A stretch of DNA of 64,000 bases from Acidiferrobacterales bacterium (GCA_947258385.1 CAMYII010000033.1:31529-95528), one strand, 5' to 3'; counted from the stretch's first letter, positions 7,959-17,900 are shown. Notes: generated from the letters alone by a model not told the origin. Numbers and translations are program-made.

Positions 7959-8693
7959 CTAGATTCCCAACAGCAAATCGACTTTGATATAAGTCCAGCC
8001 GGACTGCAGGCGGCCGATGATATGATCCATTGCGGTCTTGTCCGTGCCGATACCCTCGATGATATCCGGCGCAATCCCCTGCTCATGCAATAAACGAATG
8101 CCGTAGGCACAGGCGATGAAATGCACATTGTCACGTTCGCGCATCATGGCGATAACCTGGTCCTCATACGGGGACACACCGACACGCATGAAATCGAGCC
8201 CATCGGCATTGGCCACTACATCGATCTCATTGCCACGCGCCTCGTGTTCGTTTAGGAATTCCTGCGTATACGCAAGGGCGGCGGCAAACTGCCTGGGGTC
8301 CGACTCACTGATGTGCAGAATGATCCGATCAGCCTGTTGACCGGTGGCGGATGCAAGAACCGGCGTGGAATCACGGTCCATTTGTTTGCCGTAGTGGTAG
8401 CCGAGGGTCCCGACACCAAAGCTCACGAGCAGAACGGCAATGGATGCGGCCACTCTTAATGCGGACTGTTTCCAGATTGGGGTTCTTACGGTCCGCTGGT
8501 CGCTTGACGGTGCGCATGCATCACCAAAACCCAGCTTCATCAGGTCTTTCGCACGCCGCAAGCGATACACCCGTTCCCGTACCTCGGGGTCGTTATCCAT
8601 GGCCTTGATAATGGACTCGCAGTGGGCCGTATCAAGCTGGCCGTCCACGAATGCGCCCAATGTATGGTCATCAAAATAATCGGATTTCCGCAT
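7959..8693 (-). CDS. anti-sigma factor with one TM helix and a C-terminal DsrE/DsrF-like domain
   Basis: The N-terminus HTLGAFVDGQLD...VRERVYRLRRA is typical of ECF anti-sigma factors. The TM helix is ALRVAASIAVLLVSFGVGTLGY. The C-terminal RIILHISESDP...VVANADGLDFM...VHFIACAYGIRL...GWTYIKV resembles DsrE-like (COG1416-type) proteins. The gene starts 4 nt after the sigma gene ends. Confidence 0.8.
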   Translation of the reverse strand: MRKSDYFDDHTLGAFVDGQLDTAHCESIIKAMDNDPEVRERVYRLRRAKDLMKLGFGDACAPSSDQRTVRTPIWKQSALRVAASIAVLLVSFGVGTLGYHYGKQMDRDSTPVLASATGQQADRIILHISESDPRQFAAALAYTQEFLNEHEARGNEIDVVANADGLDFMRVGVSPYEDQVIAMMRERDNVHFIACAYGIRLLHEQGIAPDIIEGIGTDKTAMDHIIGRLQSGWTYIKVDLLLGI

Positions 8694-8697
8694 GGCC

Positions 8698-9249
8698 CTA
8701 CTCCACCAAACGCATGTGCCCCTTGGTCGCCGTGGACCTGGGGAAGACTCTTTCCAGCCTCGATAACAGATTCTGTCTCGCCGAATGCAGACGGCTCATG
8801 ACCGTGCCTATCGGGATATCCAGGACCCGGGCGACGTCGCAATACGAAAACCCTTCCAGATCAACGAGTGATATGACCTGACGCTGTTGCATTGGCAGGG
8901 TTGCCACCGCTCTTCGCACCCGGCTCACCATTTCCAGTTGCTGACAATTGCTAGAGGGTCCTGGGTCTTCCGAGGGCATGTACTCATCAAGCTCATCGTG
9001 TCGTTTGTTTCTCTGCAAATGGCGGTACCATTGGTTGTTCATGATACTGTAAAGCCACGCGAAAAGCCGGTTCTCATCGCGTAGCTGCTGGTTGTTGATA
9101 ATACCGGCGGCCATTGTCTCTTGAGCCAGATCATCGGCGAGCATTTCATCACCACACCAGGCGAGCGCCACGCGGTAGAGGCGGTCCCGCGATGCGGCAA
9201 TCCGACTCTTCAGCGACGAGGTGGAACAGCGTTTGGTCTTTTCTATCAC
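8698..9249 (-). CDS. ECF-family RNA polymerase sigma-70 factor
   Basis: The region 2 block is LYRVALAWCGDEMLADDLAQET...FAWLYSIMNNQWYRHL. The region 4 block is LPMQQRQVISLVDLEGFSYCDVARVLDIPIGTVMSRLHSAR. Confidence 0.9.
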   Translation of the reverse strand: MIEKTKRCSTSSLKSRIAASRDRLYRVALAWCGDEMLADDLAQETMAAGIINNQQLRDENRLFAWLYSIMNNQWYRHLQRNKRHDELDEYMPSEDPGPSSNCQQLEMVSRVRRAVATLPMQQRQVISLVDLEGFSYCDVARVLDIPIGTVMSRLHSARQNLLSRLERVFPRSTATKGHMRLVE

Positions 9250-9628
9250 TCTGGGTTAGATACTCGCAATGGCAAATTTATTCTCTTTTTTTGCACCTCG
9301 AACGGATAGACAGCAGATTGCGCCAAAAATTCCTGTGCTCCATTGAATATGAGTGACAAGCGATTAGTTAGCAATTGCTTCTAAAGGCTCAGTCGTTCCG
9401 CGTCAAACAATAACAGCCTGTCGTGGTCGTTGATTCGAGTCCTGCCTGAAGGCATTCATTCAGCGCCAAAACCGCCTTTATTAAGCGGCCAAAAAAATGA
9501 ATAAATTCCCTACTCAGGATATCCAGATAGGATGCGCGGCGAGCCTCGCTGGTGCGAGTACGGCTGCGCCCAAACCACCATGACTTTGAAAATAATCTTT
9601 AACTTATATTTGGCTGGAGGAGAAAAGG

Positions 9629-11200
9629 ATGGAGAAAAACACGAAACCAAAACTCGTTTTAGGCCTGTTGTATGGATTAGGCCTCACGTTACTCACGGGA
9701 ACATCGATTGCCCATGATGTGGGCGATGCCGGGCTCCCGGTCTGTCTCGAAGGCAACTTCATGGTGGCCGACGCCATGAACGCACCCTTTTCGAATATCC
9801 CGGGTCCCGGTCGCGTCCTTGAGATGAACATCTTTACCGGTGAACGCGGCATTACGGTCGATAATCCCTTCGCCGAGCCCGGCACCCATGATGTTCTCTC
9901 CACCGGCATCGCCATGCCCGGTCCCTGGAAGCCCACGGGTGTGCTGTCCGGCGGTTTGAACGGTCACGCCTTTATCAGCGGCGCGGCCCAGCACACATTG
10001 ACCGAGTTCCACCGCGATGGCACGCCCATCAAGTCGGTCCGGTTGCCGACGGCGCCCCGCGTCGACGCGAGTTTTGGTGCGGTGCCGCGGCTGCTCGGTT
10101 CGCAGATGATGCCGAACGGCAACCTCATCCAGAACGTTTGCGACGCCAACTTCTTTAACGCCTCGAACTCCGACACTATCCTCCCCGGTGAACCCGACCC
10201 GGCCGGCGACGGCAATGCATCGAATCTGTATTTCCCGCCGGTGTATTCGACACCGGAGCGGGCCGCGAACAGTCGTCTGCTGGTTCTGGACCAGGAGACC
10301 CTGAAAGTGGTCGACGAGTACAGCGCCCCGGATGATCCGCGCTGGAGCTGCATGGCGGGCGTGATCTTCAGCGACGAAGGTATGTACGTCAGCATGTTCC
10401 ATGGCGCCGCGGTGTTCGTCATCGACTGGAAGGCAGGTTTGGGTGACGACAGCACCGGTGTTGGAAGCAACGGAGAGTTGGGTGATGATGACCGTCAAGA
10501 TCACAGAAAGAAATCATTCAAGCTCGGCCAGAAAAAGAACAAGGCGAAGGTGATACGGGTGATCGACCTGCTGGGTCCGGACGCCACGATGGACGATCCG
10601 AGACGGCGTGACTCGCTGCGCGCCATCACCTTCGATGAGGGCGGCAATCTGTACGCGACCTTCCGCGCGCGTTCGAGAGACTGCATAAGGGGAGAATTCC
10701 CCGGTACCCCGAACGGCTGCAATCCCGGCGTGTTCCGTCAGCATGTTGCCGTCGTGCCCTTCGGCGAGAGCTATCCGACCCGCACCATTGCGCTGGACCC
10801 CGGTGTCAATGTCATCGCCGGCATTCGCACCAACCGCATGTCCGGGGTAGCCTGTGACGCCATCAACCCGGTCGACCCGGCTACGGGCAAGCGATCCGAT
10901 CCCGATGCCTGCGACGTCGAAACGCTCATGGTCGCCGCGTCCGCCTTCAACCCCGGCTGCGCCGAGACGGGTCCTGTGGGCACCAACCCCTGTTTCAGAC
11001 CCGGTGGGGGCGTGGGTGAGTACCTGATCACGCCCGAGGCCGCCGATGCGCATGACGGCAACTGCAACGGCGATCCGTTCGGCGAGAACAGCGGATGCGC
11101 CCGGCCCGTCGCGACCTTCGAGTTCAGGGATGAGTTCGGTAATGTGGAAACTATCGATCCACGGATGCTCATGACCATCCATGAGGCGTTCGTGCAGTGA
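9629..11200 (+). CDS. secreted Cys-rich hypothetical protein (523 aa)
   Basis: Has a signal peptide (LVLGLLYGLGLTLLTGTSIAHD), a GGAGGAG RBS, and third-position GC bias throughout. There is an internal charged insert, DDDRQDHRKKSFKLGQKKNKAK. I recognised no family. It is divergent from the ECF sigma operon. Confidence 0.75.
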   Translation: MEKNTKPKLVLGLLYGLGLTLLTGTSIAHDVGDAGLPVCLEGNFMVADAMNAPFSNIPGPGRVLEMNIFTGERGITVDNPFAEPGTHDVLSTGIAMPGPWKPTGVLSGGLNGHAFISGAAQHTLTEFHRDGTPIKSVRLPTAPRVDASFGAVPRLLGSQMMPNGNLIQNVCDANFFNASNSDTILPGEPDPAGDGNASNLYFPPVYSTPERAANSRLLVLDQETLKVVDEYSAPDDPRWSCMAGVIFSDEGMYVSMFHGAAVFVIDWKAGLGDDSTGVGSNGELGDDDRQDHRKKSFKLGQKKNKAKVIRVIDLLGPDATMDDPRRRDSLRAITFDEGGNLYATFRARSRDCIRGEFPGTPNGCNPGVFRQHVAVVPFGESYPTRTIALDPGVNVIAGIRTNRMSGVACDAINPVDPATGKRSDPDACDVETLMVAASAFNPGCAETGPVGTNPCFRPGGGVGEYLITPEAADAHDGNCNGDPFGENSGCARPVATFEFRDEFGNVETIDPRMLMTIHEAFVQ

Positions 11201-11230
11201 ATCTTTGAATATGTCCTGAAGGGAAAAGAC

Positions 11231-11267
11231 CCCGGCAGGGCAGGAAACTGCCCGCCGGGCGTTTTTT
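11231..11267 (+). terminator. rho-independent terminator
   Basis: CCCGGCAGGGCAG-GAAA-CTGCCCGCCGGG (one bulge) followed by CGTTTTTTGG. Confidence 0.75.
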
Positions 11268-11384
11268 GGTATCTGGCATTAATAAAAGTACAGTGCTGAA
11301 TACAGGTTTAAATATCAACATCGGCCAGGCCTGGATGCCTCCATCTACTATCCCGGCACAACACATAGTTAAGAGGACGTTTCG

Positions 11385-11915
11385 ATGGGACTCTTGATAC
11401 CGCATGCCTTTGTTGTCGTACTTGCGAGCTGCACTCATGATCCCAGCCGGATTCTGGGCCACGAAGAAAAAATAATCCCCGGAGGCAAGGTCATTGAATA
11501 CGGAATATATCGATTAGTGAAAGCAGGCCGGCTCGAAGAAAATTCGACTACCAGCACAGGGACAATAATCACCAAGCCGGTCCTGGAACACATCAAACGA
11601 ACGAACCGCATTCCTATCGAAAAAAACACCTACTTCGCCTATCAGTACCGCATATCACGGCTTCCAGACCAGACCCGGACCAGGCCCGTGCTCGAGCTGA
11701 AACGGGTCGTCAAACACCCGGCAATGATCTTACCCGATGGTTCCAGATCAAACGGCTCAGAACGTATAATCCGCGCAAAAGTCAATGCTGGGCAGGTCAT
11801 TGCGCTCGACGGATATGCCTTCAACGAAGACTACGAGATGGTGGCGGGCGACTGGATCTTTCAAATCTGGTACAAGGAACATCTGCTTGTCGAGCAGAAG
11901 TTCACAAGCTACTGA
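11385..11915 (+). CDS. lipoprotein, DUF3859-like
   Basis: Has the lipobox VVLASC. The C-terminal DGYAFNEDYEMVAGDWIFQIWYKEHLLVEQKFT resembles the DUF3859 pattern from memory. Confidence 0.6.
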   Translation: MGLLIPHAFVVVLASCTHDPSRILGHEEKIIPGGKVIEYGIYRLVKAGRLEENSTTSTGTIITKPVLEHIKRTNRIPIEKNTYFAYQYRISRLPDQTRTRPVLELKRVVKHPAMILPDGSRSNGSERIIRAKVNAGQVIALDGYAFNEDYEMVAGDWIFQIWYKEHLLVEQKFTSY

Positions 11916-12052
11916 CCAAAAGAAAGAAAGCCCTCTAACTAGGCGCTGCCGGATTGGCAAGCGGCAGCCGTGTGCACGGCGAGGCCGCGTCGCTGCAAAC
12001 CATTGGGCAGCGAGAGTCCGTGCCCATTATTCTGTTTTTTAAGAGGAGTGAC

Positions 12053-13678
12053 ATGGTAGGCCAAATATACCGCTGGGTCGACCGGACCATTTTAGAACTT
12101 GGTCGGGAGCTCCGACTGTCCTATCTGCCGCCGTTGATGGTTTATCTGGCGGCCGGCATCTCCGGTCTGACCAGTATCGTCGGCACCTTCTTCGTCAAAG
12201 ACTATCTGGGTCTGTCCGCCGCATTTCTTGCCGCCCTGGCCTTCTGGACGAATGTGCCCTGGGTGTTGAAGATGCCTATGGGTCATCTTGTGGATCTGAT
12301 ATGGCGTTTTAAATCACTCCTGGTATGGCTGGGCGCGGGCGTTATCGCGATAAGTCTCGGTATCATGATCGGGCTGCTCAGCCATACCGATGCAATGCGG
12401 CAAATCATGCCCATTGGCGCCTGGTATGTGATAAGTATGCTATTGGCACCCATCGGTTATGTGATTCAGGACGTCGTTGCGGATGCCATGACGGTAGAGG
12501 CGGTGCCCCGCGTCGACCGCCAGGGCCGGCCCATCGACGCGGCGACGAAACGCTTGATGCACACGACGATGCAGACCCTCGGACGGGTCGCCATCATCGG
12601 CGGCGGCATCATCGTAGCGCTGCTGAACGTGGCCATGTTCACCGGCGTGGAGACCATGTCGGAGGCGGACAAGGTCAGCGTCTACGTAGATATATTCCAG
12701 TTGGCACTGATTATCCCGCTTGTCTCGGTACTCGGCGTCACGCTGGGCGGTTGGCTGAAGCTGCGCGATATGCGCGGCTTACGACACAAGGGCTTTGGTG
12801 TTAAAGAGGCCTGGGAGATAGTTCACGGCCATATCGAGAAGACCAGCCCTAATTGGTGGATCCTCGGCGGCAGCCTTGTTTTTGTGATATTCACGTTGTC
12901 GATGGGACTGAGCGACGTACCCTACAACCAGGAGATTATCTTCTCGGGGTCCCTGGCGATCGTTCTTTTCCTGATGACGCGGTTGGTGCAGGTACTGGAT
13001 GTGGAAGCGCGGCGGGTACTGGTCGGGACGGCTGTCATCATCTTCGTTTACCGCGCCATGCCGACACCCGGTCCCGGCGAGACCTGGTGGATAATCGATG
13101 AGCTCGGCTTTGATCAACGGTTCCTGTCGATACTCTCGCTAATCAGCGCCGCGCTTGCCCTGTTCGGCATGTTCATCTTTCGCCGGTTCATGGCCGAGAG
13201 GTCTATCGCTTACGTCATCGCCTTTTTGACCATCGTCAGTACCGTGCTGTACCTGCCTGTTGTCGGGATGTATTACGGCCTGCACGAGTGGACGGCGGCG
13301 AATACGGGCGGCGTCGTCGATGCGCGCTTCATTGCGCTGGTCGATACGGCGCTGGAATCACCGCTCGGCCAGGTGGCCATGATCCCCATGCTCGCCTGGA
13401 TCGCAAACTCCGCACCCGCGAATTTGAAGGCCACCTTCTTTGCGGTAATGGCCTCTTTCACCAACCTCGCATTATCACTCGCGCAACTCGGCACCAAGTA
13501 CCTGAACCAGATCTTTACCGTGAAACGCGAGGTGACGAATCAGGTGACAGGCGCCGTGATGGTGTCGGCGGATTACAGCGAGCTTGGGTTTCTGCTGATC
13601 GCCGCGACGGTCATTACCTTTGCGCTGCCCATGGCTGCGATTCTGTTGGTCAGGGCCACACCCTTGCGCAGCGCCTAG
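12053..13678 (+). CDS. multi-pass membrane transporter, BT1/folate-biopterin-like MFS
   Basis: About 12 hydrophobic segments. The start is taken at ATG 12053 (AAGAGGAG upstream) rather than the track start at 11954. MVYLAAGISGLTSIVGTFFVKDYLGLS resembles the BT1 family N-terminus; the family call is tentative. Confidence 0.75.
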   Translation: MVGQIYRWVDRTILELGRELRLSYLPPLMVYLAAGISGLTSIVGTFFVKDYLGLSAAFLAALAFWTNVPWVLKMPMGHLVDLIWRFKSLLVWLGAGVIAISLGIMIGLLSHTDAMRQIMPIGAWYVISMLLAPIGYVIQDVVADAMTVEAVPRVDRQGRPIDAATKRLMHTTMQTLGRVAIIGGGIIVALLNVAMFTGVETMSEADKVSVYVDIFQLALIIPLVSVLGVTLGGWLKLRDMRGLRHKGFGVKEAWEIVHGHIEKTSPNWWILGGSLVFVIFTLSMGLSDVPYNQEIIFSGSLAIVLFLMTRLVQVLDVEARRVLVGTAVIIFVYRAMPTPGPGETWWIIDELGFDQRFLSILSLISAALALFGMFIFRRFMAERSIAYVIAFLTIVSTVLYLPVVGMYYGLHEWTAANTGGVVDARFIALVDTALESPLGQVAMIPMLAWIANSAPANLKATFFAVMASFTNLALSLAQLGTKYLNQIFTVKREVTNQVTGAVMVSADYSELGFLLIAATVITFALPMAAILLVRATPLRSA

Positions 13679-13879
13679 ACGATACAGGCTTAATGATGGA
13701 GACCGAATGAAGGAGCGAGCGCAGGAATATGCGGTCTTCCCCGCCCCTGTGGGGCCACATATAAAATGGATCATTCCGATATTACTAATTCTGGATGTTG
13801 TTCGAACCGTGCTCGATTTGAACTCCGGATCTCCCGGATCGACGGACCGATTCGCCGTCGGCCGGATGATGAGGTGATC

Positions 13880-14221
13880 TCAGTCTGTTAATCCACTATC
13901 AAGGGATTTTAATAATTTCTCAATTTCAGGCCTGCACTCTTGCTGTACCTCATCGATTGATAACACGCCCGACTTTATACCAAAGACGACCGGAAAGATC
14001 GGATCATTTATGGTATATGATTTGTAAAGATCTCTGGCGATTTGATTGTGAAATTTATGTATCTTTTCGTTTAGATCCCAGACAGAAATTTCTTTCTGTT
14101 TCCATTTCTCAAATTGTTTGTCTAAAACTGACATGCATCTTTCCAAATCCCGCTCATACCCGATTCCTGCGAGTTCTCTAAGATGTTTCATTTGTTTTTT
14201 AGTAAGCTGTTCCACGTTCAT
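13880..14221 (-). CDS. hypothetical protein (113 aa, AT-rich gene)
   Basis: The only long ORF in this AT-rich stretch. It is Lys/Glu-rich and I recognised no motif. Confidence 0.5.
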   Translation of the reverse strand: MNVEQLTKKQMKHLRELAGIGYERDLERCMSVLDKQFEKWKQKEISVWDLNEKIHKFHNQIARDLYKSYTINDPIFPVVFGIKSGVLSIDEVQQECRPEIEKLLKSLDSGLTD

Positions 14222-14332
14222 TCCTAGCGTGACGTATAAAAACCAAAAAAGACAGTACTGCTATTTCGTTTTTCTTGATTTTATCATCAGGCTTAAGCTC
14301 CATCATTGGGGCCAGGCCAACATTCCCACTGA

Positions 14333-14692
14333 TCATTTCTTCTCAGTCTCTCGCCCGCCCTGCCACGGCCAACGTCCTTCGACTTCAAGATGCAACGTGA
14401 GGCTGAGCAAGGTACGGATCAGAATTATCAATGCCAGTATCGTCACGCTCGACAAAGCGTCTGCCACCACGACGGTCCGGATGATGTCGCCTGCAATTAG
14501 AAACTACATGCCAAGTATAATTGACCGGCCAAGGTCACGGCGAAATTCCCGATAGGCGTTTCCACTCGACGTGCGCCGAAGGCGCACAAAAAACCCAACA
14601 GACGATATAATAGAACCAAAGATGATAACTACGACACCCACCGATTCTATGGCATAACCTGCTGTCCCAATACGCTCTTTGAATTCGATCAT
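14333..14692 (-). pseudogene. DUF1622-like membrane protein interrupted by an in-frame TAG
   Basis: Track ORF 14504..14698 ends ...RRDLGRSIILGM*. The same frame continues FLIAGDIIRTVVVADALSSVTILALIILIRTLLSLTLHLEVEGRWPWQ... to TGA 14335-14333. The TAG (14506-14504) sits where the family has LGLEFL(I/V)AADIIRTV. Confidence 0.7.
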
Positions 14693-15305
14693 TTTCAACT
14701 CTCGTTAACCGCTGCAAGATTATTATCGTATTGCTGCTGCTACGCGCTTCCTTGTTGTGACACGTATACTATTCGATTGGGCCGCGAATACTCTACCATG
14801 CATCGATCCCCCTATACGCCATCCCGAAAATGCCAAGCCAAGAAACCATAGGTGCGTGTATATTTGCAGGAATGCCAGGCGAAATCCAGTGAATGCGTTT
14901 TGCTTTTTGGTTACCTTTTCCAAGCGCTATTTGCCGTGCGCCCCGCAATAAGCCCTGAAATGTTGTTATTGACATCATAAGGATACGGATATTTAAGTCT
15001 TTTTAGCGTTTCCATGGCGAGCCTTCGGAAAAAACTGATTGTCTCTATGAATTTTCCTCCTCTCCCGATTTCAAGGCAAGGCGCCTAAATCTCGGTCCGT
15101 TATTGCGAACTTGTGCTTTCACACAGAATCCCCTGTCTCGCCTGACGCTGGTGTACCGCTGCAGCCGTTATGTTGATCGGATATAACGAAAAAAACAAGC
15201 AGCATTGCTCAACGACGGGACTGTCGTGAAATGAATATACGCGCTTGGCGCTGACAATCACGTTTTGGCGAACGTGTCCAAAGGATGCAGCGAACCCCCC
15301 AGTTG

Positions 15306-15932
15306 CTACGGCGCCAGCCGCTCGATGACCCAATCCCCGGTCTCTCGCCGGCAATAGCGCAGCCGGTCATGCAGGCGGTTGTCCCGATGCTGCCAGAATT
15401 CGATCGTGGTCGGGCGAAGCCGGTAGCCGCCCCAGAAACCCGGACGCGGGATCTCTTTACCCTCATAACGTATGGTGAGCTTGTCCAGGCGCTGATCCAG
15501 GGTCTCGCGATTGGTAATAACCTCGCTCTGCCGCGACACCAGCGCGCCGAGCTGCGACCCGCGGGGGCGGCTGTGATGATAGTCATCCGATTCTGCCGGC
15601 GTCGTCTTTTCGACCGGGCCTTCGACACGCACCTGCCTGCCCAGTGGATCCCACAGAAACACCAGGCTCGCCCACGGATTCTCGGCGAGCTCTTTGGCCT
15701 TGCGGCTCTCATAGTTGGTGAAGAAAACGAACCCCCCCTCGTCGACGGTCTTAAGGAGTACGATCCTGGCCGAGGGGCGGCCATCGGCGGATGCGGTGGC
15801 CAGGGTCATGGCGTCCGGTTTCTCCAGCCCGGAACCGAGCGCCTCCTCGTACCATCTCTTGAACTGCGCGATAGGATCGGGCGCCAGATCGGCCTTTTTC
15901 ATGCCGTTGACTGACCCGTCATTTTCTGCCAT
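15306..15932 (-). CDS. pdxH: pyridoxamine 5'-phosphate oxidase
   Basis: Contains ARIVLLK, FVFFTNYESRKAKEL, WGGYRLRPTTIEFWQHRDNRLHDR and a C-terminal ...ERLAP. Confidence 0.95.
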   Translation of the reverse strand: MAENDGSVNGMKKADLAPDPIAQFKRWYEEALGSGLEKPDAMTLATASADGRPSARIVLLKTVDEGGFVFFTNYESRKAKELAENPWASLVFLWDPLGRQVRVEGPVEKTTPAESDDYHHSRPRGSQLGALVSRQSEVITNRETLDQRLDKLTIRYEGKEIPRPGFWGGYRLRPTTIEFWQHRDNRLHDRLRYCRRETGDWVIERLAP

Positions 15933-16020
15933 ATGATGTCTCGCGCACCGAGTTAAGGGAAAGAAACGAGGAGGAAGGGCGCAAGGCCCCTCTCAATTGA
16001 ACTGTCAGGCGACACGCGAA

Positions 16021-16197
16021 TTACAGGAACAACAGGAACAACAACAGAACAATTATCACCACCGCAATAGCGATTGTGTAGCCGCGCGTACGCTGCAGGC
16101 GAGTGGCCCTCTCACCCGGCTCCCAGCCCCGCTGCATCCTGGCGAGATCGATGGGATCCAGTCCCTTGTGCTCCTTTTCGTTGGTGTCGTTCGGCAT
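16021..16197 (-). CDS. small membrane protein (58 aa)
   Basis: From ATG 16197-16195: MPNDTNEKEHKGL...GYTIAIAVVIIVLLLFLLFL, with a single C-terminal TM helix. The track ORF begins at an upstream TTG. Confidence 0.4.
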   Translation of the reverse strand: MPNDTNEKEHKGLDPIDLARMQRGWEPGERATRLQRTRGYTIAIAVVIIVLLLFLLFL

Positions 16198-16231
16198 AGT
16201 AATCGCCCCCCCAGTCAACGACCGTGGGCAT

Positions 16232-16261
16232 AGTTTCGATATTTCGAGTTTCGATATCTCG
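16232..16261. repeat. tandem 15-bp direct repeat AGTTTCGATAT(T/C)TCG x2
   Basis: Read directly from the sequence. The two units differ at one base. It lies 35 nt upstream of the small ORF start. Confidence 0.8.
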
Positions 16262-16419
16262 TGACTATTATTATAAGCGAGTTTCGGTCAAGTGCGAGTC
16301 CAAGCGGCGCGACCAGAGTGAAATGCCTATTCTTTGGCCGGATTCAGAAGATACTTATTAAATCCGCATATTCCTAAAGACAAGACCCGGCGGTGCCATA
16401 AGGCGCCTGTGAGGGCACA

Positions 16420-17610
16420 TCAACTGTTATGAGACATACCTCTTCGACTTAACCCGAATCGCAGCAACAGATAGCCGACGACCGCCGAGAGGATCGATCC
16501 CATCAGGATGCCCAATCTGTCATCAACCGCGAAATCTGGGCCGCCCTGTTCGAACGCGAGCGAGCTTATGAACAGGCTCATGGTGAAACCGACCCCGCAC
16601 AATACGGCGACACCGTAGAGCTCAAACCAGCCGAAATCCTTCGGCAGCCGACCTATTCCAAGCTTGACGGCCACCCAGGTAAAACTGAATATTCCCAGCT
16701 GATTGCCGAAGAACAACCCGGCCGCGATTCCCAGTGGGACGGGCGCGATCAGTGAGGCCAGGGTAAGACCGTCGAGGGACACGCCAGTGTTCGCGAAGGC
16801 GAACAAGGGCAGGATACCGTAGGCGACCATTGGATGAAGGTCGTCTTCTAGCTGCTCCAGCGGTGATGTCTCGACATGACGCGGGACCTTCATAGGGATA
16901 AAGAAAGCGAGCACCACGCCGGCCAACGTCGCGTGTACCCCGGACTTGAGCACCGCCGCCCACAACACCACGCCAACAACGATATACGGCCCGATGCGCA
17001 GGACCCCTCTTTTGTTGAAAATGAAAAGCACGACCAATGCGACGGCAGCGGTCACCAGCGATGATAGCGATAGATCGGCGGTGTAGAAGGCGGCAATGAT
17101 GAGGATGGCGCCCAGGTCGTCGGCTATCGCCAGGGTCAACAGGAACAGCTTCAATGAGTTGGGCACACGGCTGCCCAAGAGCGAGAGCACGCCCAGGGCG
17201 AAGGCGATGTCCGTGGCCGAGGGAATGGCCCAGCCTTTTAGCGCCACGGGGTCGCCCCAATTGATGTACACATAGATGGCGGCAGGTATTGCCATTCCCC
17301 CGACCGCGGCGATGACGGGCAAGGCAAACTTCTCCGGAGTCGAGAGCTCGCCACAGAGAACTTCACGTTTCAGCTCCAGCCCAATCAGAAAAAAGAAAAT
17401 CGCCATGAGACCGTCATTGACCCAAAGCAACAATGGCTTCGCGAGGTGGAGCGCGCCGACGCGGATCTCCACCGGCGTGCCAAGGAGCGCGTCGTAAAGG
17501 GGCTTGGCCGCGGAATTCTCGACCACCATCGCCAGCACCGCCGCGGCGACCAGTAAAAGTCCGCTGGCCGACTCCAGTCGCAAAAACTCCCGTATGGCGT
17601 TCAATACCAT
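16420..17610 (-). CDS. nhaA: Na+/H+ antiporter NhaA
   Basis: 396 aa. Contains [37 protein letters not shown] and [16 protein letters not shown]. Confidence 0.95.
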   Translation of the reverse strand: MVLNAIREFLRLESASGLLLVAAAVLAMVVENSAAKPLYDALLGTPVEIRVGALHLAKPLLLWVNDGLMAIFFFLIGLELKREVLCGELSTPEKFALPVIAAVGGMAIPAAIYVYINWGDPVALKGWAIPSATDIAFALGVLSLLGSRVPNSLKLFLLTLAIADDLGAILIIAAFYTADLSLSSLVTAAVALVVLFIFNKRGVLRIGPYIVVGVVLWAAVLKSGVHATLAGVVLAFFIPMKVPRHVETSPLEQLEDDLHPMVAYGILPLFAFANTGVSLDGLTLASLIAPVPLGIAAGLFFGNQLGIFSFTWVAVKLGIGRLPKDFGWFELYGVAVLCGVGFTMSLFISSLAFEQGGPDFAVDDRLGILMGSILSAVVGYLLLRFGLSRRGMSHNS

Positions 17611-17900
17611 GGCTGATCGTCCTCTTTGGTTCTTCTTGATCTGTTCGCGTCGGCCCGATGATCGCGCATCTTGCGGATGCTTGCCAACACCGGCGCCTTC
17701 CGCCGAGAAAGCGTGATACCGGAAATATCGGGACAGTTTAAGCCAGGTCCGAATCGAATTACAAAAACATGGTGTATTTTTGCGGACACCGACACATACT
17801 GACGCTATGGTCCGCGTGAGGGCGTGTAACGGTAGCTCAGGCTTTGGCCCAGCCTCACTACATACCTGTATCAGATATCGCTACAGGCATCGAGCAACAC

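Noticed and set aside
13795-13830. GGTTCGAAC and GAGTTCAAATC strings resembling tRNA T-loops.
   Set aside because: The flanking bases do not form a T-stem, and no acceptor or anticodon arms can be drawn. It is not a tRNA.
14723-15010. Cluster of short overlapping minus-strand ORFs (34, 61 and 66 aa) that might be pieces of a frameshifted membrane-protein gene.
   Set aside because: No family motif was recognised. The pieces cannot be joined into a convincing single frame by one indel. The region is left unannotated.
16232-16261. Checked tandem and direct repeats across the window for a CRISPR array.
   Set aside because: Only two-unit tandem repeats exist (16232-16261, 33220-33243). There are no repeat-spacer periodicity and no cas genes.
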